From assembly GCA_051251595.1 (NCBI GenBank), contig JBPOFA010000016.1, positions 10,626 to 74,625 on the forward strand: a stretch of DNA of 64,000 bases. The letters run 5' to 3'. Shown here piece by piece: positions 9,811 to 19,813 of the stretch; position 1 is the first letter of the stretch; each line of letters begins with the position of its first letter. A program made the position numbers and the translations under genes. The DNA is from Marinosulfonomonas sp. Lineage in GTDB: Bacteria; Pseudomonadota; Alphaproteobacteria; Rhodobacterales; Rhodobacteraceae. Under the pieces are notes generated by a model. That model saw only the letters and a program-made list of their open reading frames with translations, did not search any database and had not been told where the DNA came from.

Positions 9811-10350
9811 TTAGACGCGGGATAGATCCGGGAATGGCCGCACGGGGTCCGAACCGTCCCAGTCTTTTGCGGCAAGGCGAATGGCGTCAAAAAGTCTGCC
9901 CTTTGGGCCGGCCACTTCGGACAATTCGACCACGGCACCGGGATGGAATTCAGTGTCAAAATAGACGAAACGTCCATCGCTGCCGACTTGGCCGCCCATG
10001 ACCACTTCGAACCCTTTTTCTTGGGCGCGCGCCAGATCAGCGTCGAAAGAGGACGTCCAGAACGCGACGTGCTGCAGACCGAAATTACCCGCACGCATAA
10101 AGTCACGATACATTGATGGCACATCGTTTCGGGTTTGGATCAGCTCAACCTGAACCGAGCCGGAATTTGCCAAGGCAACCGAGTTGCGTGGGGCGTAGCT
10201 TTCGCCCCGATATGTGTAGTTTTCAATCGGTACCTCTGGCGCATAGAAAAACGGCCCGACACCAAGCACGTTGGCCCAGTAATCCATTGCCGCTTCGATA
10301 TCCTCAACGACATAACCCAATTGGCGGATTTCCCCAAAAATGTGACTCAT
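9811..10350 (-). CDS. VOC (glyoxalase/bleomycin resistance/dioxygenase) family protein
   Basis: 179 aa. N-terminal IRQLGYVVEDIEAAMDYW and a second beta-alpha-beta-beta-beta module (GLQHVAFW) are typical of VOC-fold proteins. It is the first gene of the minus-strand operon. Confidence 0.75.
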   Translation of the reverse strand: MSHIFGEIRQLGYVVEDIEAAMDYWANVLGVGPFFYAPEVPIENYTYRGESYAPRNSVALANSGSVQVELIQTRNDVPSMYRDFMRAGNFGLQHVAFWTSSFDADLARAQEKGFEVVMGGQVGSDGRFVYFDTEFHPGAVVELSEVAGPKGRLFDAIRLAAKDWDGSDPVRPFPDLSRV

Positions 10351-10440
10351 CTGCGGTCTTTCGAAATTTCCTCTGGTTCGACATTGTATTCCATCATAAG
10401 ACTGATGGGGTCAAACCGGGTTTATGATTGGATTTGATTG

Positions 10441-11493
10441 ATGGCTAGTGATCGAAAATATCGCGTGACAGTGGAAAGTGTTGCGGAACGTGCCGGCGTT
10501 TCGACAGCAACGGTGGACCGTGTTCTGAACCAGCGAAGCGGTGTTCGCAGAATGACAGCAAAACGCGTGCTGCAAGCTGCTTCAGAGTTGGGGTATATCG
10601 ACGAATATGACGGCGCGACTTTGGAATTGGGCCCAAAGGCGCGTATCGCCTTTCTTCTTCCCAAGGGCACAAATCGTTACATCAACATGCTTGGACGTAC
10701 GATCGTCGGAATGACGGACGAATTCGCCAAGGCTGGCATGCGGCCTACCATTGAATATATCAGTTCCTTCAATGCTGACGCTCTTGCAAAGGCGATGCGG
10801 CGACAAGCCAAGACGGCTGACGGTTTGGCGATCATGGCGATCGATCACCCTTCTGTGCGCGAGATGGTCAACCGACTTGCCCAGGAAGGAAAGCCGATTG
10901 CCACGGTGATCAGCGACACCACGGCAACAAGCCGGGTTGCCTATTTCGGGCTGGACAATCGGGCGGCGGGGCGCATGGCTGGCTATCTGATCGGTCGATT
11001 TCTGCCCGGTGGCGAAGGCAAGGTTGCAATGGTTGCGGGCAGCCGCACCTATCGGGCGCATGGGGATCGCGAAATGGGGTTCATGGACATCAACCATGAA
11101 ATGTTCCCCGGCGTCGAGGTTGTAGACGTGCGCGAAGGGCAGGACGATGATCAATCGAATTATCATCACGTCAGATCCTTGCTAACCCAGCATCCGGATA
11201 TCCGTGCGATTTATAACATCGGTGGCGCGGCAACCGGTGTCGGCAAGGCGCTTCGATATATGAAACGGAACAAGGACGTCGTCTTTGTGGGCCATGGCCT
11301 GACCGACGACACGCGCGAGATGCTGCTGGACGGCACCATGTCTGCGGTGATCACTCAGGATGCTGTCGACACGGTGACACGGTGCATCCGATTGTTTTCG
11401 GATATCCGGTCTGAGGGTGCGCCGCCCAGGCTGCCTGAACCGATGCGGATTGAGGTGGTCTTTCGCGAAAACCTGGCGACGCCACGGTTTTAG
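10441..11493 (+). CDS. LacI family transcriptional regulator
   Basis: N-terminal HTH VTVESVAERAGVSTATVDRVLNQ followed by a periplasmic-binding-protein-like sugar-binding fold. Divergent from the VOC-RLP operon. ATG at 10441; the track starts at TTG 10438. Confidence 0.9.
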   Translation: MASDRKYRVTVESVAERAGVSTATVDRVLNQRSGVRRMTAKRVLQAASELGYIDEYDGATLELGPKARIAFLLPKGTNRYINMLGRTIVGMTDEFAKAGMRPTIEYISSFNADALAKAMRRQAKTADGLAIMAIDHPSVREMVNRLAQEGKPIATVISDTTATSRVAYFGLDNRAAGRMAGYLIGRFLPGGEGKVAMVAGSRTYRAHGDREMGFMDINHEMFPGVEVVDVREGQDDDQSNYHHVRSLLTQHPDIRAIYNIGGAATGVGKALRYMKRNKDVVFVGHGLTDDTREMLLDGTMSAVITQDAVDTVTRCIRLFSDIRSEGAPPRLPEPMRIEVVFRENLATPRF

Positions 11494-11609
11494 GGCTGCC
11501 GTTTTGGCTGCCAAATATCACAGTTGCAGGCAGGGCGATCATGTCGCTTATGCGGGCTTTGCGCGGTCTGGTCAGCGCAAAGACCAACGCGGCTGCGACG
11601 CCTTAACTG

Positions 11610-11621
11610 TTTGTCGACAAA
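11610..11621. promoter_or_regulatory. Perfect 12-bp palindrome TTTGTCGACAAA (GntR/FadR-type operator-like)
   Basis: Read directly from the sequence. It lies between the convergent 3' ends of the LacI and GntR genes and shares the TGTCGACA core with the site at 12440. Confidence 0.3.
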
Positions 11622-11640
11622 GTCTTGGGGGCAAATCTGA

Positions 11641-12357
11641 CTAAAGCGTGAGCAGGGCGTTCTGGCGGTTGTCTGCAGAAATAAACGATTGAATTTGCGT
11701 CACAATTTGATCGGCATGTGCGCGGGCCAGGGTGTCGGCCAGCATCACGTCCCGATCTATGATGGCCGCGATGATGTCTTCATGCTCTGATACATATTGC
11801 TGGGGAAGCTTGTCGTTGAATGTCGCATAATAAAGCCGCAAGATACGGCGACCTTCGTCAAGCAGACGTGTGAAAAGGTCTGTGTAATATTGATTGCCGC
11901 CGGCTTTGGCTATGGCCACATGAAAATCGCGGTTGATTGCGATCATCCCCAGCACATTTTGTTCTTTCACGTTGCGGGTGAAATCATCTTGAAATGCCCG
12001 GATCGTCGCAATGTCTTCGGCTTTGTGATTTGCAGCCGCCAACCGCGTTGTGGTTCGGTACATCAATGTTAAGGCGTCAAAGAAATTCGGAAGGTTGAGG
12101 AAATCAATATTCGACACAATGGTCGCGCGATTGGTCAGCGTTGTGATCAAACCTTCGGCAGACAGGCGCACCAATGCCTCACGGACGGGAGTGCGCGACA
12201 GGGAAAACCGCTCTGCAAGCAGCCCTTCGTCAATCGGGCTGCCTGGGGCGATCTTTAGTTCAATAATTTCATTTTTGAGGATTTCGTAAACATAAGACAC
12301 GCCTGCGCCGCGTTTTAACTGTGTCGGTGGTGAAGGCTTGCCTTTGGTTTGCGTCAT
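11641..12357 (-). CDS. GntR family transcriptional regulator (FadR/FCD subfamily)
   Basis: Winged-HTH segment LSRTPVREALVRLSAEGLI followed by an all-helical FCD-like C-terminal domain. Divergent from the peptide ABC operon. Confidence 0.9.
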   Translation of the reverse strand: MTQTKGKPSPPTQLKRGAGVSYVYEILKNEIIELKIAPGSPIDEGLLAERFSLSRTPVREALVRLSAEGLITTLTNRATIVSNIDFLNLPNFFDALTLMYRTTTRLAAANHKAEDIATIRAFQDDFTRNVKEQNVLGMIAINRDFHVAIAKAGGNQYYTDLFTRLLDEGRRILRLYYATFNDKLPQQYVSEHEDIIAAIIDRDVMLADTLARAHADQIVTQIQSFISADNRQNALLTL

Positions 12358-12439
12358 TCAAAATGGGTCCTGTTTCTGTCTTGGCGTTCAATTTTGCATT
12401 TTTTTAAGGATACGGCCATATTCTAGGTTAAATTACTTT

Positions 12440-12447
12440 TGTCGACA
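12440..12447. promoter_or_regulatory. TGTCGACA palindrome in the GntR/peptide-SBP divergent intergenic region (candidate GntR operator)
   Basis: Context is tTTTGTCGACAtAAa. It fits the generic FadR-subfamily t.GT.N.AC.a pattern and sits 83 bp upstream of the GntR start in an AT-rich stretch. Confidence 0.4.
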
Positions 12448-12848
12448 TAAAAAATACTAACAACCTGAATCGGTGACAACGGGCGAGGTCGATTAACGCC
12501 GGAATTTATGTTGTTGCCGGCGGGGGCCGTTCTCGCACTCGGCCGGCGCATCGCAGCTGATCAGCAAAGGCACTTCTTTTCAGGACGTAGCCGCAATCTA
12601 CCCGGTCTTTGATCTGGGGGCATTGTCCGGTGTTGTGCCTAGGCCGTCGAACGTCCCCGAATCATGATCACCGGATCTGCTGCAAAAAATGCGCATGCGA
12701 CGCAGCCATGACTTGGCTTGAGGTGACTAAAATTTAGGCATTACCAACTGAAACTACATTGAAAATACAAATAGTATTTTTAACGTGGACGAGAAAAAAA
12801 CACACTGTTAACGTTCGGTGACAATTAAACGACAATCAGGGAAATGTA

Positions 12849-14600
12849 ATGAAAGTACTTAAACTCTCGAAGTCGGCTCTCCAAACTACGGCTATTTGCA
12901 CGGCGATGGTGCTTTTGCAGGCGGGTGGCGCAATGGCCGCCGACGTGCAAAAGGGCGGGACCCTCAAAATCGTTGGTACGGCTGATCTGGATCACTTTGA
13001 CCCGACAAGTGCGGCACTTGTGACCACGAACAACTTTCTGCGTGCGACGCAGCGGACCTTGATCGGGTACAATTCCTCTACGGATGAAGATGAGCGTATT
13101 CGCCCTGTTGGCGATCTCGCAGTCGAAGTGCCTCAGCCGACCAATGGCGGTCTGACCTATACATTTAAGTTGCGTGATGGCGCGATGTGGAATGCGCCAA
13201 CCGGTGCGCGGCAAATCACATCGGTTGACTTTGAACGCGGCATGAAACGCATGTGCAACCCTGCGCTTGGCTCGGCTGCTCTTACATATTTTGTAACGCT
13301 GATCGACGGCATGGAAAGCTTCTGTGACGGGTTTGCAGAGGTAGAGCCAACCGTTGAGGCCATGAAGGCCTATATTCAGGACAACGATATTTCTGGCATT
13401 ACCCAGCCTGACGACTTGACCGTTGAAATCACCCTGACTGAAACGGCGGGCGACTTTGTTTACATGGTGTCTTTGCCGACATCCTCACCTGCACCGATCG
13501 AAGTTCTGGATTTCATGCCAGACGGACCGGAGTATCGTGAAAATTACATTGCGTCGGGCCCTTACACACCTGTTGATTATGTGCCCGATGGATCGCTGAA
13601 ACTGGATCGTAACCCAGCTTGGTCTGCCGATGCGGATCCACTGCGCGGTGCCAATGTTGACGCTATTGAAATCACCTTTGGCGTGCAGCCCGACGCGGCG
13701 ATCCAACAGCTTCAGGCTGGCAATGCTGACATGGTGTATGACATCACGATCCCTCCCGCTATTCTGTCACTTTTGACCGCGACTGCGGATCCCAAAGTGA
13801 TGACAATGTCTGCTGGGCGGACCGCGTTCTTGTTCATTAATACAGTTTCCGAAAACAACAATGGCGCGTTGAAAGACCTGCGGGTGCGTCAGGCGTTGAA
13901 CTACGCCATCGACAAAGCGGCGCTGGTTCAGCAAATGGGTGGCCCAACAGTTGCGCAACCGCAAAACGGCATCTTTGGGCCGGGCGTTCTGGGCTTCCAT
14001 GAGTTCGATCTGTACCCATCAGAAGGGCACGCAGGCGACCCGGAAAAAGCCCGCGCGCTTTTGGCTGAAGCTGGGTATCCTGATGGCATCACGCTGAAAA
14101 TGCCGTACCGGAACCAGAACAACATGCCGGAAATCGCCCAGACCATTCAGGCGGCCATGGCAGAGGCAGGGATCACGCTTGAGCTGACACCTGTAACGGC
14201 CTCGGACTACTATTCCAAGTTCATGACCAATCCGCTTAACACGCAAGAAGGTGCTTGGGACATTGCGCCTGTAGGTTGGGCCCCTGACTGGGTCGGCGGG
14301 GCTGCACGTTCTGTTTTCCAGCCGCAATTCTCGTATGACGGTCGTCACCAGACCTATAACTACACGGACTACAACAACGACAAAGCCAACGAGATTGCCA
14401 AACAGGCGATCAACGCGACCACGCCTGAAGATGCTGCAAAGCTTTGGGGCGAAGTCGATGTCTTGGTCATGACAGATGCGCCGGTCGTTCCGTATTACAC
14501 GGAACAGGTCGTTCTTTATCGCGGTCCTGCCGTAGAGAACTTCCAGCCATACGCTCTTGGTGGGCAAGGGGACTGGACGAACGTTTGGCTTAACCGCTGA
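12849..14600 (+). CDS. ABC transporter substrate-binding protein, family 5 (oligopeptide/dipeptide type)
   Basis: 583 aa with signal peptide MKVLKLSKSALQTTAICTAMVLLQAGGAMA. Size and composition are typical of DppA/OppA-like SBPs. Confidence 0.9.
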   Translation: MKVLKLSKSALQTTAICTAMVLLQAGGAMAADVQKGGTLKIVGTADLDHFDPTSAALVTTNNFLRATQRTLIGYNSSTDEDERIRPVGDLAVEVPQPTNGGLTYTFKLRDGAMWNAPTGARQITSVDFERGMKRMCNPALGSAALTYFVTLIDGMESFCDGFAEVEPTVEAMKAYIQDNDISGITQPDDLTVEITLTETAGDFVYMVSLPTSSPAPIEVLDFMPDGPEYRENYIASGPYTPVDYVPDGSLKLDRNPAWSADADPLRGANVDAIEITFGVQPDAAIQQLQAGNADMVYDITIPPAILSLLTATADPKVMTMSAGRTAFLFINTVSENNNGALKDLRVRQALNYAIDKAALVQQMGGPTVAQPQNGIFGPGVLGFHEFDLYPSEGHAGDPEKARALLAEAGYPDGITLKMPYRNQNNMPEIAQTIQAAMAEAGITLELTPVTASDYYSKFMTNPLNTQEGAWDIAPVGWAPDWVGGAARSVFQPQFSYDGRHQTYNYTDYNNDKANEIAKQAINATTPEDAAKLWGEVDVLVMTDAPVVPYYTEQVVLYRGPAVENFQPYALGGQGDWTNVWLNR

Positions 14601-14624
14601 TCTGACGCGAAGACCTTTCTTGGG

Positions 14625-14660
14625 CCAAGCCGCAGCCACCTCCCTATGGCTGCGGCTTGG
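14625..14660 (+). terminator. Strong intra-operon stem-loop after the SBP gene (attenuator/partial terminator)
   Basis: CCAAGCCGCAGCC-N10-GGCTGCGGCTTGG is a 13-bp perfect stem, extendable by G-U and G-C pairs. It is followed by tccccaatttcc and lies 24 nt after the SBP stop. Confidence 0.5.
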
Positions 14661-14720
14661 TCCCCAATTTCCTTATATTGACGACACAGTTCCGCCCGCG
14701 GAACGACGAATGGAACGAAA

Positions 14721-16582
<1,862 letters not shown>

Positions 16583-16586
<4 letters not shown>

Positions 16587-17572
16587 CCCAGAACTCCACC
16601 GGACAGACTGCCCCTGCGTTCGACGACGCCGTTGAGGATGACGCACCTCAGGTCATTCAACGCGGCTCTGCCGCACTGACGATGCGCCGCCTGTTGCGAG
16701 ATCCGGCAACGCTGATTGCATTTACATTTATCGTGGCGCTGACGTTGTTCGCAATTTTCGCGCCGCTGACCGAAATGTGGACGGGGCACACAACCATAGA
16801 ACAATACCGCGACATTGGCATGTCACCCATGGGACTTCCGGTTGGGCCCAATAGCGACTTTTTGATGGGGACGGATCAGCTGGGACGTGATGTGTTTGTT
16901 CGTCTGGCCTATGGCGCGCGGATTTCGCTGGCGGTTGGGGTGCTGGCCTCTTTGGCGGCTGCGGCCCTTGGGGTCACGATCGGCATGTGTGCCGGCTTTT
17001 TTGGCGGTTGGGTCGATACTATTTTGGGCAGGCTGATGGATCTGGTGATGAGCGTTCCTTTCCTGCTGTGTGCTTTGGCGCTGGTGTCGGTGTTCGGCCC
17101 ATCCCTGACGCTGTCTGTTTCTGTGATCGTCTTTTTCAGCTGGACCACAATCGGCCGGGTTATTCGTGCCGAAAGCGGTTCCATCGCGAAACGAGAGTTT
17201 ATTCAGGCCAGCCGATCTATGGGGGCCTCTAACCTGTCGATTTTGGTGCGCGATGTGCTGCCCAACCTTGCAGTGCCAATCATCATTTACACCACAATGA
17301 TGATCCCGTCCTCTATCGTATTCGAAGCAACGCTGTCGTTTTTGGGGCTGGGGATCGTCCCGCCGACCCCCAGTTGGGGCGGCATGTTGGCCGATGCCGG
17401 GGCCAATTCCATCTACCTTGTAGCGTGGTGGTTGGTGGTGTTCCCTGGTTTTGCGCTTTTGTTCACGACACTGGCCTTCAACATTCTGGGGGATGGGCTT
17501 CGGGATGCGCTTGACCCGCAAGGGCGGAAAATCGTTCGTCGCCGCAAACGTAAACAAGAGGCCGCCAAATGA
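16583..17572 (+). CDS. Peptide ABC transporter permease (DppC-like)
   Basis: Polytopic membrane protein with a binding-protein-dependent permease core. ATGA overlap with the ATPase stop. Confidence 0.9.
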
Positions 17573-18522
17573 TCCGTTTCCTTGCCCGTCGCTTGCCCTT
17601 TGGGGCTTTGGTTCTGTTCACCCTCAGTGCCTTTGTTTTCTTGCTGTTCTTCGTGGCCCCTGGCGATCCTGCACGGATGATCGCAGGGGAAAAAGCCACG
17701 GCGTTGCAACTGGAACAGATCCGCGAAAACCTAGGGCTCGACCGGCCTATTCTGGTGCAATATGGGTCATTTCTGGGGAATGCGGTGCAAGGAGATTTAG
17801 GGTTTTCCTACCGCAATCAACAGCCTGTCGTGGATTTGATCATGCGCCGCATTCCTGTGACGGTTTCATTAGTCTTGGGCGGCATGGTTGTCTGGCTGGC
17901 GATTGGCATCCCGATTGGCATCATGTCTGCGCGCTATGCAGGCGGGCTGCGGGACAGGCTTGGCCAGGTTTTCATTCTTGTGGGCCTCAGCTTTCCGACT
18001 TTTGTGCTTGGCATGTTGGCGCTTTACACCTTGTATTTCCTGCCCCGCAAAGCCGGGTTTACCCTGTTTCCACCCGGGGGCTATGCGCCGCTGTTGGATG
18101 ACCCGTTCAAATGGGCGTGGCATTTGACCTTGCCCTGGATCACCCTGGCGCTGGTCACCGCTGCGATCTATGCCCGTCTGACACGCGGCCAGCTGTTGTC
18201 GGTTCTGGGAGAGGACTACATCCGCACCGCTCGCGCCAAAGGGCTGAGCGAACGCAAGGTTATTTACAAGCACGGGATGCGTGCAACCCTGACGGCGCTT
18301 GTCACGCAGCTTGGCGCTGATATCGCGGTGATGCTGGGTGGCGTGATTGTCATCGAGCAGGTTTATGGCTTGCAAGGTGTGGGATCTATGGCGGTTCAGG
18401 CGGTGCGCAACCAAGACCGTCCGATTATTATCGGGGTTGTTCTGTTGGGGGGGCTGTTCATTGTCATCTCCAACATTCTTGTCGATCTGTTGTACACAGC
18501 ACTCGACCCCCGAACACGCTGA
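17569..18522 (+). CDS. Peptide ABC transporter permease (DppB-like)
   Basis: N-terminus MIRFLARRLPFGALVLF and motif YIRTARAKGLSERKV are typical of DppB/OppB. ATGA overlap with the upstream permease. Confidence 0.9.
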   Translation: MIRFLARRLPFGALVLFTLSAFVFLLFFVAPGDPARMIAGEKATALQLEQIRENLGLDRPILVQYGSFLGNAVQGDLGFSYRNQQPVVDLIMRRIPVTVSLVLGGMVVWLAIGIPIGIMSARYAGGLRDRLGQVFILVGLSFPTFVLGMLALYTLYFLPRKAGFTLFPPGGYAPLLDDPFKWAWHLTLPWITLALVTAAIYARLTRGQLLSVLGEDYIRTARAKGLSERKVIYKHGMRATLTALVTQLGADIAVMLGGVIVIEQVYGLQGVGSMAVQAVRNQDRPIIIGVVLLGGLFIVISNILVDLLYTALDPRTR

Positions 18523-18529
18523 GGTTTTC

Positions 18530-19813
18530 ATGACATCTATATCCTACGATCTTCCCGGTCTCGCCATCACGGATCGCAGCTTTTCTGTCCCGCTGGACTG
18601 GTCCCGCCCAGATGCAGAGACGATATCCTTGTTCCTGCGCGAGGTCGTCGATCCGACCCGCAAGACAGAGGATTTGCCCTATCTGGTCTTTCTTCAGGGT
18701 GGCCCCGGTGGCAAAGCAAACAGGCCGCAGGACGGGTCCCCGCCGTGGTTGGATGTCGCGCTAAAGCGGTTTCGCGTGCTTTTGTTGGATCAGCGCGGCA
18801 CCGGAAGGTCTTCGCCCTTGGAAGGCCGCCATATGAGCGCGATCACTGACGCTGAGAAAGGCGCGGATTTACTGGCGTGCTTTCGGGCTGACAGCATCAT
18901 CAAAGATGTCGAGCATTTGCGTAAGACCTATTACGGGGGCTGTAGGTGGTCCACTTTGGGCCAAAGCTATGGTGGGTTTCTGACGCTGACATATCTGTCC
19001 TACGCTCCCGAAGCCTTGGAGGCCTGTTATGTGACAGGGGGGCTGGCCGGGCTTACGGCCCATGCCGATGATGTCTATGCCCGTACATATCCGCGGGTTC
19101 AGGCCAAGACTGAACAGTTCTACGCCCGCTATCCGCAGAATGTGGAACATGTGGCCAAGATTGCCGACCGACTGGCCGAGGGCGACACGCGCTTGCCGGA
19201 TGGCGATTTGTTGACGGTCGAACGTTTTCAAACCCTTGGTATGGATTTCGGCATGGCCCCGGGTTTTGAGAATGTTCATTACCTGATTGATGAGGCCTTC
19301 GCCAATGACGGTGCGTTCAGCGATACGTTCTTGCATGAGGTGATGGTGAACACCGGGTTTGCGACCAATCCATTGTTTGCCGCATTGCAGGAAACGATCT
19401 ACGCGCAACATGGCAATGTCTCGGACTGGGCTGCACAAAGGGCGCGCGACGCGCATCCAGCCTTTGCACCCGATCAACGGCCAATGATGTTCACAGGTGA
19501 AATGATGTATCCGTGGATGTTTGATGACATTCGCACCTTACGCCCCTTCAAATCCGCGACAGAGGCTTTGGCCAAACGCCAATTTGACGCGCCGTTTTAC
19601 GATTTGGATCGGTTGCGCGGCAACAGCGTTCCCGTCGCGGCCGTGGTCTATTTCAACGACATGTATGTGGACGCTGACCTGTCGCTGGCGACTGCGGCGC
19701 AGGTTGGCAATCTGCGCAGTTGGGTCACGGATGAATATGAACATGATGGCTTGCGCAAAGATCCTCGGGTGTTGCAGCGGCTGTTTGATATGGTGGAAAG
19801 AAACATCCAATGA
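18530..19813 (+). CDS. Alpha/beta hydrolase, prolyl aminopeptidase-like (peptidase S33)
   Basis: ORF 18347..19813. Start moved to ATG 18530 (MTSISYDLPGL), preceded by GAGG. Nucleophile elbow GQSYGG and an LFLQGGPGG oxyanion region as in proline iminopeptidases. Confidence 0.8.
   Translation: MTSISYDLPGLAITDRSFSVPLDWSRPDAETISLFLREVVDPTRKTEDLPYLVFLQGGPGGKANRPQDGSPPWLDVALKRFRVLLLDQRGTGRSSPLEGRHMSAITDAEKGADLLACFRADSIIKDVEHLRKTYYGGCRWSTLGQSYGGFLTLTYLSYAPEALEACYVTGGLAGLTAHADDVYARTYPRVQAKTEQFYARYPQNVEHVAKIADRLAEGDTRLPDGDLLTVERFQTLGMDFGMAPGFENVHYLIDEAFANDGAFSDTFLHEVMVNTGFATNPLFAALQETIYAQHGNVSDWAAQRARDAHPAFAPDQRPMMFTGEMMYPWMFDDIRTLRPFKSATEALAKRQFDAPFYDLDRLRGNSVPVAAVVYFNDMYVDADLSLATAAQVGNLRSWVTDEYEHDGLRKDPRVLQRLFDMVERNIQ

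Noticed and set aside
10351-10440. TTTCGAAA palindrome as the LacI operator of the VOC-RLP operon
   Set aside because: It is only 8 bp, it is not repeated in the other promoters of the locus (1702-1904, 7090-7252), and it is shorter than typical LacI-family operators.
12358-12848. Riboswitch, sRNA or leader peptide in the 490-bp GntR/SBP intergenic region
   Set aside because: It is a GC-rich core flanked by AT-rich ends. I could not recognise any known riboswitch consensus, and the only small ORF (27 codons from about 12509) lacks an RBS. There is not enough support.
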